The notes under the pieces are model-generated. The model searched no databases, was not told the DNA's origin, and was given only the letters and a program-made list of their open reading frames with translations. Positions 36,009-45,491 of a stretch of DNA of 64,000 nucleotides are shown one piece after another (the stretch's first letter is position 1; each line of letters begins with the position of its first letter). The stretch is from Spirochaetia bacterium (GTDB lineage Bacteria > Spirochaetota > Spirochaetia > SZUA-6 > Bin103). The stretch covers positions 5,504,001 through 5,568,000 of the forward strand of contig CBDBDQ010000005.1 of assembly GCA_965203905.1 (NCBI GenBank). Direction: 5' to 3'. The translations under genes were made by a program, and so were the position numbers.

Positions 36009-38519
36009 GTGGCACGCCGCGTGCCGGGCGCGTTCCTGTTGGCAGTGGCGAGTCTGCTCGCCGCCGTTCCGCTCTACTCCCAGGACCAGACCGACGAGTG
36101 GTATATCGACAAGCCGATCGTCGCCATTCGTTTCGTCGGTCTGCGTCATGTGGCCGAGGTCGATCTGCGCCCGATCGTTCAGCCGTACCTCGAGCGGGCG
36201 TTCACGCTGGACCTGTTCTGGGAGCTCCAGGGCAAGCTGTACGCGACCGATCTGTTCGCCAGTCTCGAGTCCAACGCGGTTGCCCCCGACGATGATCGCT
36301 CCGCGGTGATCATCGAGTTCGTGGCCCAGGAACGGCCACTGGTCGGTGCCATTACGGTTACCGGCAACCGGGGCTTGCGCAGCTCGGAGATTCTCGAGGT
36401 GGTGAGTCTGGCCCGGGGTGACGTGTTCGACCCGATCACCCTCAACGCCGACGAGGCTGCGGTGCTCGCCCTGTACGCCGAGAAGGGCTATCCCGACGCA
36501 ACCGTGAACATGGCGACGGTGCCGGACGAGGAGGCGGGCGAGGTCGCCGTGCGGGTGGAGGTTGCCGAGGGATTCGCGGTGAGCGTAGAGCAGATCCTGT
36601 TCGTCGGTAACCAGTTCGCCTCCGAGAGCACGCTGCGCGGCAGGATGCTCACCAAGCAGCGCTCGTTGTTTGACAGCGGGGCATTTCGCGAGGCCGCACT
36701 CCAGGAGGACCGCGAGATCATCGCGGCGTACTACGCTTCGCATGGTTACGTGGACGCTCGCGTGGACCGCATCGAGCGGGACCTGCGGCTCGATGCGGAC
36801 CAGGGCAGACGTTCCCTGGTGCTGACCCTCTACGTGAGCGAGGGCGAGCAGTACCGTTTCGGAGGCATGGAATTCGAGGGCAATGAGGTGTTCTCGACCG
36901 AGGAGCTGACCCGTCTGCTGCGCCACCGCGCGGACCAGGTGGTCAACCGCGACCTCGTCGAAGAGGACTTCACCCGCGTTCAGGACCACTACTTCGAGAA
37001 CGGTTACATCTTCAATGTCATCGAACTGGTCGAACAGCGCGACGAGCAGGCGCGTACCATAGCGTTCCGCGTCATCATTCAGGAGACCGATCGCGCGCAC
37101 ATCGAGAACATCATTCTCAGCGGCAATGAGAAGACCCAGGACCACGTGCTGCTGCGCGAATTGCCGTTCGAGGTGGGCGATGTGTTCAACAAGACCCAGA
37201 TCCTGCAGGGGCTGCGCAACCTCTACAACACCCAGTACTTCTCCGCCGTCACCCCGGAGACGCCGCCCGGCAGCGCGGCCGGCTTGATGGACGTGGTGAT
37301 CAGCGTCGAGGAACAGAGCACCGCGGACATCAACTTCGGCCTGACCATCGGCGGTTCCGACTTCCCGTTCGCCGCCTCGGTGCGCTGGAACGAGCGCAAT
37401 CTGGGGGGCGGTGGACAGACCGTGGGCGCGGCGCTGGAGTTGTCGCCCATCAAGCAGTCCCTCGTCTTCGAGTTCGGCGAACCGTGGCTGTTCGGCACGC
37501 GCTGGTCGGGCGGCGCCAATCTGGGAGTAGAGCGGGCCGTGGTGCGGAACGTGCAGCAGGACATCCTGCCGCCCATCTTCGACGATTCCGAGGTTGCGGC
37601 GCCCGATCCCTACGTGACCAGGGAAGAGTGGGAGGCGGCCGACCGCGAGTCGGTATCCCGCCGCTACGCCATGGAGTACACGGAATGGGACGTCGGCATC
37701 GGGCTGACCTCGGGCTATCGCATTCCGACTTCCCTGGGTTTCATTCGTTTCAGCGGTGGACTCTCCTCCAGCCTCAGGCTCCTCACCTACGATACGGCAA
37801 TCTATCGGCCGTTCGAGGAGACCATCCGCGAAGAGCGCGAGAATTGGGTCGTCGTGAATCGTCTCGACGCCGGTGTGGCCTGGGATACGCGTGACTTCTT
37901 CCTCAATCCGTCTGAGGGAGTCCTGCTGTCGCAGGGCGCCTCACTCACCGGCGGACTGCTCCACGGCGCGCGCCACTTCATCCGCCTGAACAGCCGCGCG
38001 GACGGGTTCCTGACCCTGGTCAAGGAGCCGGTGTTCAGCAATTGGGACCTGCATCTGGTGCTCGGCCTCCATACCGGGTTTGCCATGATTCTGCCGCAGT
38101 TCTGGTGGCCGGCGGAGTTCGACCAGGGTCTGGTCATCGATTCCGCCACCGACCTGCTGCTGCTTGACGGGATTCGCGTGGCGCGCGGCTGGGAGCCGAT
38201 TCGTGGCGGACGAGCCCGCTGGGAGAACTCGGTCGAGTTGCGCGTTCCGGTCGATCCGCGAGTGCTGTGGGCGGTCACCTTTCTCGATGCGGCGGTGTTG
38301 TGGCCCGAGCTGAACCAGGTGTCGGCGACCGAATTGCCGGACGTTCACTTCAGCCTGGGTGGAGGGTTTCGGTTCTCCATTCCGCAGTTCCCGGTGCGCC
38401 TGTACTTCGCCAACACGTTTCGCATCGTCGATGAGCCCGAGGTGCCGGAAGATACGTTGGACCTCTTCAAGCTCGAGGAGTGGAGGTTCGTGATCTCCCT
38501 GGGCGGAGATGTCTTTTAG
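36009..38519 (+). CDS. bamA: Outer membrane protein assembly factor BamA (start approximate)
   Basis: Signal peptide, multiple POTRA domains (I..I.F.G, GN, Y...GY), ERNL.G.GQ, ARGW and a C-terminal Phe. Confidence 0.95.
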   Translation: MARRVPGAFLLAVASLLAAVPLYSQDQTDEWYIDKPIVAIRFVGLRHVAEVDLRPIVQPYLERAFTLDLFWELQGKLYATDLFASLESNAVAPDDDRSAVIIEFVAQERPLVGAITVTGNRGLRSSEILEVVSLARGDVFDPITLNADEAAVLALYAEKGYPDATVNMATVPDEEAGEVAVRVEVAEGFAVSVEQILFVGNQFASESTLRGRMLTKQRSLFDSGAFREAALQEDREIIAAYYASHGYVDARVDRIERDLRLDADQGRRSLVLTLYVSEGEQYRFGGMEFEGNEVFSTEELTRLLRHRADQVVNRDLVEEDFTRVQDHYFENGYIFNVIELVEQRDEQARTIAFRVIIQETDRAHIENIILSGNEKTQDHVLLRELPFEVGDVFNKTQILQGLRNLYNTQYFSAVTPETPPGSAAGLMDVVISVEEQSTADINFGLTIGGSDFPFAASVRWNERNLGGGGQTVGAALELSPIKQSLVFEFGEPWLFGTRWSGGANLGVERAVVRNVQQDILPPIFDDSEVAAPDPYVTREEWEAADRESVSRRYAMEYTEWDVGIGLTSGYRIPTSLGFIRFSGGLSSSLRLLTYDTAIYRPFEETIREERENWVVVNRLDAGVAWDTRDFFLNPSEGVLLSQGASLTGGLLHGARHFIRLNSRADGFLTLVKEPVFSNWDLHLVLGLHTGFAMILPQFWWPAEFDQGLVIDSATDLLLLDGIRVARGWEPIRGGRARWENSVELRVPVDPRVLWAVTFLDAAVLWPELNQVSATELPDVHFSLGGGFRFSIPQFPVRLYFANTFRIVDEPEVPEDTLDLFKLEEWRFVISLGGDVF

Positions 38520-38568
38520 GAGTCCATCACGGTCACTCGGTGACCAGCCGGGATCGATCGCCGCTCGA

Positions 38569-39156
38569 ATGCAGCCGGAGTTGCGCCGCCGGCTGCCAGG
38601 CTGTCCGTCGGGCGCGCCGAGCGGGCGCTCGACGGCGTCGCTGTGGTGTTTGCTGCTGCTTCTGGTCGGCAGCAGCGGGTTGGCCGCCGAGCGGATCACG
38701 AACGTCGGTCTGGTGGATCTCCGGAGAGTGACCACCGCCTACTTCCGCGAATCGGCCGCGGTACGCGAGTTGCAGGCCGAGCGCGACCGTATGAACGCAG
38801 AGCGGGCACGGCTGGAAGCGGAGATCTTCGAGCTCGAGCGGCGCAAGGTGCAGGCGCAGCGCGACGGGTTGCGGCCGCGCGCGCTGCAGTTGGACGACGA
38901 GCTGCACACGCGAAAACAGCACCTGCGCGACTTCGTCGCGGTCAAGAACCGGCAACTCGCACAACAGGAAGCGCGGCTGGCGGAGTCGGATGCATTCCTG
39001 GGCGAGTTGGCGGCGGCAATTCAATTTGTCGCCGAGAGCGAGGGGTTGTCGCTGGTGTTGAACAAGAACAACCCGTCGCTGCTGTTCTTCGTGAAGGAGA
39101 TAGACGTAACCGAACTGGTAATCGCCGAGCTTGGGCGGCGGGTGAGACGAAACTGA
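38569..39156 (+). CDS. skp: OmpH/Skp periplasmic chaperone (start uncertain)
   Basis: Motifs VGLVDL.RV, a coiled coil, and A.I..VAE.EG..LVL.......L....IDVT. Confidence 0.85.
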   Translation: MQPELRRRLPGCPSGAPSGRSTASLWCLLLLLVGSSGLAAERITNVGLVDLRRVTTAYFRESAAVRELQAERDRMNAERARLEAEIFELERRKVQAQRDGLRPRALQLDDELHTRKQHLRDFVAVKNRQLAQQEARLAESDAFLGELAAAIQFVAESEGLSLVLNKNNPSLLFFVKEIDVTELVIAELGRRVRRN

Positions 39157-39163
39157 GGTCCTC

Positions 39164-39592
39164 ATGGCGCGCGTGATGGCTCTCGATGTCGGCGAGCGCC
39201 GGGTAGGGGTCGCGCTCAGCGACGCTGAAGGGCGCATCGCGGCGCCCCACGACACGCTGCCCAACCGGGGCCTGCGCCGCCTGATATCCGGGATCCTGGA
39301 GCTCTGTCGGACGCAGCGCGTCGCGGTGGTGGTGGTCGGGCTGCCGACACGGGCTGACGGTACTGCCGGGAGCGCGTCGCGGTTGCCGTTGCGAGTGGCG
39401 GCCGCGTTGCGCGCCGCTGGAGTCGCGACCGAGCTCTGGGATGAGAGTTTCACCAGCGATACGGCGCGCGCTCTGCTTGCCGGCAGCATCCCCCAGCGGC
39501 GCGCCCGCCGTGCGGGGGTGGTGGACCGCGTGGCGGCCGCCCTGATCCTGCGATCCTACCTCGAGGCAGCACGGTCACGTGCCACGGAGTGA
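39164..39592 (+). CDS. yqgF: YqgF/RuvX RNase H-fold nuclease
   Basis: Motifs ALDVG.RRVGVA.SD, VVGLP, WDE.FTS and D..AA.LIL. Confidence 0.93.
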   Translation: MARVMALDVGERRVGVALSDAEGRIAAPHDTLPNRGLRRLISGILELCRTQRVAVVVVGLPTRADGTAGSASRLPLRVAAALRAAGVATELWDESFTSDTARALLAGSIPQRRARRAGVVDRVAAALILRSYLEAARSRATE

Positions 39593-42366
39593 CGGTGTCG
39601 AGTCACAGCCCGATGATGGTGCAGTACCGGGAACTCAAGCGCCGCCATCAGGAGGCGATTCTGTTCTTTCGACTCGGCGACTTCTACGAGATGTTCGATT
39701 CCGACGCGAAGGAGGCGGCGGGGTTGCTGGAGATCGCTCTGACCCAGCGCAACGGCGTCCCGATGTGCGGAGTACCCCATCATTCCGCGCGGTCCTACAT
39801 CGCACGGCTGCTCAAGGCGGGGCGGCGGGTGGCGGTGTGCGAGCAGACGGCGCTGCCGGCGTCCGGTCGCGGCCTGGCACAGCGGGAAGTGGTGGAAGTG
39901 GTGACGCCCGGGACGGTGATCGACGAAGAACTGCTCGACGGCGCGAGCAACAATTTCCTGGCGGCGCTCGGGAGTCCCACCAATTCGGCGGACGGAGGAG
40001 CGGCCGCCAGCAGAGCCGCGGGACAGGTGGCGCTGGCCGCGCTCGATCTGTCCACGGGAGACTTTCGCGCCACCGCCTTCCCGCTGGCGGACGCGCCGGC
40101 GCGCCTCGCCGACGAGTTGGCACGGCTGGCGCCGCGCGAGTTGCTGGCGCAGGAGTCGTTACTCGAAGAGCTGCCTGAGATCGCCCGTGCCGTGCGCCAG
40201 CACCTGCCGCAGAGCACCGTGGTCCAGCGCTACCCCGACTGGCAGTTCGACGTCGCGGCCGGCCACGAGACCCTGTGCGAGCTGTTCGGCGTGGCGAATC
40301 TGAAGGGATTCGGGTTGGCCCAGGATGCTGCCGAGCTGGGCGCGGCCGGTCTGCTGGTGAACTATTCGCAGCAGACGGCGCGGCAGGTCCTCGGACACCT
40401 GGACGGCATCGAGGTCTATGGAACCGAATCATGCGTTGCGTTGGACGAGACTGCGCAACGCAGCCTGGAACTGGTGCGCAACCTGGAAGACGGCTCACGC
40501 GAGCGTACCCTGCTGGCGGTGCTGGACCACACGCGCACCGCGATGGGTGCCCGCCTGCTGCGACGTGCCGTGCTGGAACCGCTGCGCGAAGAAACGGCGA
40601 TCGTGGCCAGGTTGAACGCCGTGGAGTTCCTGTTTCGGCGCCAGCACACCCTGGCGGCCGTGCGTGAGGGGCTGCGGCGGGTTGCCGACCTGGAGCGCCT
40701 GGCCGGCCGCGTCGCGCTGGCCCGCGCCCATCCGCGCGATCTGCGCGCCATCGCCGCCGGCGTGCGCGCGGCACAGGAGGTCGCCGCCGCGTTGCGGGCC
40801 GCAGACGGAGGATCGGAGATCGGTTCCGATGCGAGTGCTCACTCGCACGGGCCCGGTGCCGAGGATGGTGGTCTGGCCATGCCGCTGCACGCCGCCGCGG
40901 CCGCCGCGGAGCCGGTGGCGGCGCTGATCGAAAAAGCGCTGGTGGACGAGCCGCCGTTATCCATTACCGAGGGCGGCATCATGCGCCCCGGCCATGATGA
41001 GGAACTGGATCGATTGCGGGCTGCAGAGGAGGACGCGGAGACGCTGTTGCAGTCCTACCTCGAGGAGGAACGGGCTGCGACGGGAATCGCGAGCCTCAAG
41101 CTGCGCAACAATCGCGTGCTTGGCTGGTACCTGGAGGTGACCCCCAGCCAGGCGGCGCGCGTGCCGAGCCACTTCGTGCGCCGCCAGTCACTGGTGGGTG
41201 GCGAGCGCTTCACCACGGAGCGGCTGCGGCAGCTCGACCGCGAGACCGCGGTCGCCGGCGAGCGGCTGCGCGAGTTGGAGCGCGCCGCGTTTCTTGCCGT
41301 GCGCGACCGGGTTGCAACCGATGTTTCCGCGCTGTTGGCCCTCGGACGGGTGCTGGCCGGCGTCGATCTGGCGCAGAGTCTGGCGCTGGCCGCCACCGTG
41401 GGCGGCTACACACGGCCGACGCTAAGAGCGCCGGGCACCGGGATCGTGATTCGTGAAGGGCGCCACCCGGTGGTGGAGGCGATGTTGCCGGCCGGTGCGT
41501 TCGTGCCCAACGATCTGACTCTGGAGCCGGATGGCACCCGCTTCGTGGTGCTCACCGGACCCAACATGGCGGGGAAGTCCACCTACCTGCGGCAGGCTGC
41601 GCTGATCGTGCTGATGGCCCAGCTCGGTTCGTTCGTGCCAGCCGCCGAGGCCCGCATCGGGGTGGTCGACGGTGTCTACTGCCGGGTCGGTGCGAGCGAC
41701 AACCTGGCGCGTGGCGAGTCGACCTTCCTGGTGGAGATGAACGAAACCGCGCGCATTCTGCGCGCCGCCACCGGCCGCAGTCTTGTGATCCTCGACGAGA
41801 TCGGCCGCGGCACCAGCACCGAGGATGGCCGTGCCATTGCCTGGGCGGTATGCGAATACCTGCTGGACGCGGTGCGCGCGCTCACCCTGTTCGCAACCCA
41901 CCTGCGGGAACTCACTCAGCTCCGGCATCCGCGGGCCGCCAACTACGCCATGAGGGTCGTCGAGGAGGATCAGCAGGTGGTGTTTCTCAAGCGCGTATCC
42001 GTGGGCGCCGCCGACCAGTCCTACGGCGTCCACGTGGCGGCCCTCGCCGGTGTGCCGGAGCCCGTGGTGGTGCGGGCACGCGAGATGCTCCGGGCGCTGG
42101 AGTCGAAGGCACCGCCGGACCCGGAGTCGCGACCGGCGGATTCCGCCCCGAAACCGCCTCCCGGCGTCGCTTTTGGCCCAGCCTCGCCTGCCACGGGCAT
42201 CGAAGCTGGGCCGCCGGCGCAGCGCTATCGTCAGGCCGACCTGTTCTCGGCCCATGAACTGGTGGGACGGGCGGTGGCGACGGTGGACGTGGACGCCACC
42301 ACGCCGCTGGAGGCGCTGGAGTTGCTGGCGCGCTGGCAACGCGAGTTGCGTCGGAGCGAGTCTTGA
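39589..42366 (+). CDS. mutS: DNA mismatch repair protein MutS
   Basis: Motifs PMM.QY, FRLGDFYEMF, TGPNMAGKST, STFLVEM and DEIGRGTS. Confidence 0.98.
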   Translation: MTVSSHSPMMVQYRELKRRHQEAILFFRLGDFYEMFDSDAKEAAGLLEIALTQRNGVPMCGVPHHSARSYIARLLKAGRRVAVCEQTALPASGRGLAQREVVEVVTPGTVIDEELLDGASNNFLAALGSPTNSADGGAAASRAAGQVALAALDLSTGDFRATAFPLADAPARLADELARLAPRELLAQESLLEELPEIARAVRQHLPQSTVVQRYPDWQFDVAAGHETLCELFGVANLKGFGLAQDAAELGAAGLLVNYSQQTARQVLGHLDGIEVYGTESCVALDETAQRSLELVRNLEDGSRERTLLAVLDHTRTAMGARLLRRAVLEPLREETAIVARLNAVEFLFRRQHTLAAVREGLRRVADLERLAGRVALARAHPRDLRAIAAGVRAAQEVAAALRAADGGSEIGSDASAHSHGPGAEDGGLAMPLHAAAAAAEPVAALIEKALVDEPPLSITEGGIMRPGHDEELDRLRAAEEDAETLLQSYLEEERAATGIASLKLRNNRVLGWYLEVTPSQAARVPSHFVRRQSLVGGERFTTERLRQLDRETAVAGERLRELERAAFLAVRDRVATDVSALLALGRVLAGVDLAQSLALAATVGGYTRPTLRAPGTGIVIREGRHPVVEAMLPAGAFVPNDLTLEPDGTRFVVLTGPNMAGKSTYLRQAALIVLMAQLGSFVPAAEARIGVVDGVYCRVGASDNLARGESTFLVEMNETARILRAATGRSLVILDEIGRGTSTEDGRAIAWAVCEYLLDAVRALTLFATHLRELTQLRHPRAANYAMRVVEEDQQVVFLKRVSVGAADQSYGVHVAALAGVPEPVVVRAREMLRALESKAPPDPESRPADSAPKPPPGVAFGPASPATGIEAGPPAQRYRQADLFSAHELVGRAVATVDVDATTPLEALELLARWQRELRRSES

Positions 42367-43079
42367 ATCTCCGTAAGCCGCGGCGCGTTGCCGTGGCCGC
42401 GCTGGACCTGCTGTTCCCGCAGCGGTGCGCGGGTTGCGCCGCGGAGCTGGCGCCCGGTTCTGGCGCCGTCCCCCTGTGCCGGCGCTGCCGCCGGAGGGTG
42501 CATGCGGCGCTGCGCCAGCCGGCCGGCCACTGCGGCCGCTGCGGAGCAGCGGTGCTGCCGGAACAGGACACTCCCTGCCTCGGCTGCCGTGACCGGGAGC
42601 TGGCGTTCCTGTCTCACGAGGCGCTGTTCGACTACCGCGGCCTGGCGCAGGATATCCTGCAGGAATTCAAGTTCTCGGGTTGCACCGGGCTGGCGGCATG
42701 GCTCGCCGGGCTGCTGGCGCGCCGCATCCGGGCCGGCTACGTCGATGCCGTGGTAGTGCCGGTGCCCGCGCGCCTGCAGCGCATTCGCCGCTACGGCTAC
42801 GATGGCGTGGACCTGATTGCCCGCCACCTTCAGCACACGCATCGCGTACCGGTGCAGCGACTCCTGCGGCGGCGCCGCGGGCGCCAGCAGAAGGGGTTGG
42901 ACTTCGCCGCCCGTTCCGGCAACCTGGAGGGGCGCATCCGCCTGCTGCGGCGGTCGGCGCAACCGGTCCTGCTCATCGATGACGTGTACACCACCGGTGC
43001 CACGACCAACGAATGCGCTGCCCTGCTGGCCGCGTCCGGTACGCCGCAGGTGCGAGTACTGACCCTGATGCAGGACTGA
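42363..43079 (+). CDS. comF: ComF family double zinc-ribbon plus PRTase-fold protein
   Basis: Motifs LFP..C..C, further CxxC pairs, VPVP and LIDDVYTTGAT. Confidence 0.9.
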   Translation: MNLRKPRRVAVAALDLLFPQRCAGCAAELAPGSGAVPLCRRCRRRVHAALRQPAGHCGRCGAAVLPEQDTPCLGCRDRELAFLSHEALFDYRGLAQDILQEFKFSGCTGLAAWLAGLLARRIRAGYVDAVVVPVPARLQRIRRYGYDGVDLIARHLQHTHRVPVQRLLRRRRGRQQKGLDFAARSGNLEGRIRLLRRSAQPVLLIDDVYTTGATTNECAALLAASGTPQVRVLTLMQD

Positions 43080-43112
43080 GTCGTGGCAAGCCCTCTCGGC
43101 ATTTCTTTTCGG

Positions 43113-43142
43113 TTGACAGAGAGGGTGGCACGGGTCTACGTT
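43113..43142 (+). promoter_or_regulatory. Sigma70 promoter of the rimP-nusA-infB operon (TTGACA-N18-TACGTT)
   Basis: Perfect -35 preceded by a T-rich tract. A second TATAGT lies at 43153-43158. Confidence 0.6.
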
Positions 43143-43170
43143 AGCGATGATCTATAGTGCAGCAATGGAG

Positions 43171-43198
43171 AAAAGAGTCGCGTCGCCGGCTCTTTTTT
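43171..43198 (+). terminator. rimP-leader-type attenuator hairpin with a U-tract
   Basis: AAAAGAGTCG-cgtcgc-CGGCTCTTTTTT, located between the promoter and rimP. Confidence 0.75.
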
Positions 43199-43228
43199 GG
43201 TTCTCATACAACGGAGTGCTAGTTCCTC

Positions 43229-43711
43229 ATGCAGGCGGCGCGGGACACCACCGATCAGCATCTCAGAGAAGCGCTGGAGCCACTTGTCGAAGCCGAGGGT
43301 TTCCAGTGCGTCGAGGTGCAACTCCAGCGTTCTCGGCGTGCGCGTCGCCTGCGGGTAATTGTGTATCGCGAGTCCGGCATGGACGCCTACTCCCTGGAGC
43401 GGCTCACGCGCGGGATACAGTTCCATCTGCCGCTGATCGCGGATCCCGACGGCGGCGCCCTGAACGATCTGACGCTGGAGGTAAGTTCACCGGGGATCGA
43501 ACGCGCCTTACGGCAGCCGCACGAGTACGCCATCTTCGTGGGAAAGGCGGTGCGGGTGTTGCGCGACAACTCCACGACCTGGGAGCACGCCGTTATCGAA
43601 CGCGCTGCCGGCGACCACGTAACGTTGCGTTTCGCCGGCACCACGACTACCGTGCCCATTGCCAACATTCGGCGAGCGCAGCTCACCGGCGCTGAAACAG
43701 GGGGAGCCTAA
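43229..43711 (+). CDS. rimP: Ribosome maturation factor RimP
   Basis: Motif LEVSSPGIER.L; position upstream of nusA. Confidence 0.9.
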   Translation: MQAARDTTDQHLREALEPLVEAEGFQCVEVQLQRSRRARRLRVIVYRESGMDAYSLERLTRGIQFHLPLIADPDGGALNDLTLEVSSPGIERALRQPHEYAIFVGKAVRVLRDNSTTWEHAVIERAAGDHVTLRFAGTTTTVPIANIRRAQLTGAETGGA

Positions 43712-45378
43712 TGTCGAGCGAAATGGCGCTTGCCATCCGCCAAATCATCCAGGAACGCGGGATCTCGGAAGAATTGGTGATGCACACGATCGAGGATACC
43801 CTGCTCGCCGCCTACAAGCGGAAGTACGGTACCATCGACAACGCGGTAGTGCGGTTTGCCGAAGATGCCACCTCGGTTTCGATTTACGCCCAGAAGAAAA
43901 TCGTTCCTGAACAGGAGATTCAGGATCCGGCGTTGGAGATTTCCCTGGCCGACGCCTTGACCTACAACGACGACGCCGAACTCGGCGATGAGCTGCTGAT
44001 CGAAATCAATCCGCGTGACTTCGACCGGGTGTCGATCCAGAGCGCCAAGCAGAAGGCCCGTCAATCGTTACGCGACATTCAGAAGGATACGCTCTATTCC
44101 GAGTTCAAGGACCGCGAGGGAGAGTTGATCGTCGGCTACTACCAGCGTGAGCGGAACGGCACCATCTTCGTCGACGTGGGGCGTACCGAGGGCATATTGC
44201 CGCGGCGCTACCAGTCGCCACGCGAAATCTACCGTCCCAATGACCGGGTTCGGGCCATGATCTACGAGGTGGAGAAGTCTGCGCTCGGGTTGCAGATCGT
44301 CCTGACCCGCACCCACACCGAGTTCGTCAAGAAGATCTTCGAGCTTGAGGTGCCCGAAATCTACGACCGTACCATCGAGATTCACAAGATGGTGCGCGAG
44401 CCGGGCTACCGCACCAAGATGTCGGTCTACTCGACTCGCGACGACGTCGATCCGGTGGGCGCCTGCGTCGGTATGCGCGGGGTCCGCATTCAATCGGTAG
44501 TACGGGAGTTGGAGGGGGAGAAGATCGACGTGCTGCGCTACGACCCGGATGTGCGGTCATTCATCACCGAGGCGTTGAAGCCGGCGGAGGTGGAGCAGGT
44601 CATCGTGCTCGACGAGGCCAAGCGCCAGGCCTTGGCGGTGGTTCCGGAGAGCCAGTTCTCACTCGCCATCGGCAAGCAGGGGCTGAATGTGAGGCTGGCC
44701 AACCGGCTCACCGATTGGAGCATCGACGTTCGTACCCGTGCCCAGGTGAACGAGATGGACATCGGTGCCGACTCGCAGCGTGCGGCGGCAGCGCTGTTCG
44801 GCGATGTGCAGGAAGAGATCACCGACGTGGCCGAGCTGCCGGGCATCGTGCCGCGGGTGGCCGCAGCGCTCAAGGCATCGGGTGTCGAGCTGCTGGAGAC
44901 CCTGGTAGCGATGGATGAAGAGCAGCTCCGCGCGGTGCCCGAGTTGTCGGAGCAGGATGTCGGTGAACTGCGCAAGTTGATCGAGGAGAACGTGGAGATC
45001 GTGGAAGAGGAAGCCGGCGCCGCCGAGGACAAGGAGGAGGAGGCCGGGGAGGCGGTCGCGCTGGAACCGCCGCCGAGCGTCGATGAGGCGCCGGCCGTGA
45101 CGCCGGAAAGGACGGTCGACAGCACCTCCGTTGCCGAGGAAGCTGTCGCTGAGGATGGCGCAGAATCGGAGGAGCTGGTGCGCGCGAGTGAGCTGCCGGG
45201 GCTTCCGGAGGGAATCGCCGCCGCATTGGTCGCCGCCGGTCTGGATGATGTGGTGGAACTGGTGTCGATGAGCGAACAACAGCTTGCCGCGGTCGAGGGG
45301 CTTGCTCCCGACGATGTGACGACACTGTTGCAGGTCATCGAAGAAAACGTCGAGGTGGTAGAGGAAGAAGAGTCCTGA
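43711..45378 (+). CDS. nusA: Transcription termination factor NusA with two acidic C-terminal repeats
   Basis: Motifs LFELEVPE-like, REPG.RTK, DPVGACVGMRG.R and AIGK.G.NVRLA. Confidence 0.97.
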   Translation: MSSEMALAIRQIIQERGISEELVMHTIEDTLLAAYKRKYGTIDNAVVRFAEDATSVSIYAQKKIVPEQEIQDPALEISLADALTYNDDAELGDELLIEINPRDFDRVSIQSAKQKARQSLRDIQKDTLYSEFKDREGELIVGYYQRERNGTIFVDVGRTEGILPRRYQSPREIYRPNDRVRAMIYEVEKSALGLQIVLTRTHTEFVKKIFELEVPEIYDRTIEIHKMVREPGYRTKMSVYSTRDDVDPVGACVGMRGVRIQSVVRELEGEKIDVLRYDPDVRSFITEALKPAEVEQVIVLDEAKRQALAVVPESQFSLAIGKQGLNVRLANRLTDWSIDVRTRAQVNEMDIGADSQRAAAALFGDVQEEITDVAELPGIVPRVAAALKASGVELLETLVAMDEEQLRAVPELSEQDVGELRKLIEENVEIVEEEAGAAEDKEEEAGEAVALEPPPSVDEAPAVTPERTVDSTSVAEEAVAEDGAESEELVRASELPGLPEGIAAALVAAGLDDVVELVSMSEQQLAAVEGLAPDDVTTLLQVIEENVEVVEEEES

Positions 45379-45393
45379 ACCATGCACGGTCGA

Positions 45394-45423
45394 TTGACAG
45401 GCCCCTGCGGCTTCCCGGATACT
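45394..45423 (+). promoter_or_regulatory. Internal promoter upstream of infB (TTGACA-N18-GATACT)
   Basis: Both hexamers read directly in the 113-nt nusA-infB spacer. Confidence 0.55.
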
Positions 45424-45491
45424 TGGCTTCTGGTTGCGTGCCTGCGATGTGGTCAAGAAAGCTCGCCGGCACAGGATTAGACTAACTGAGA

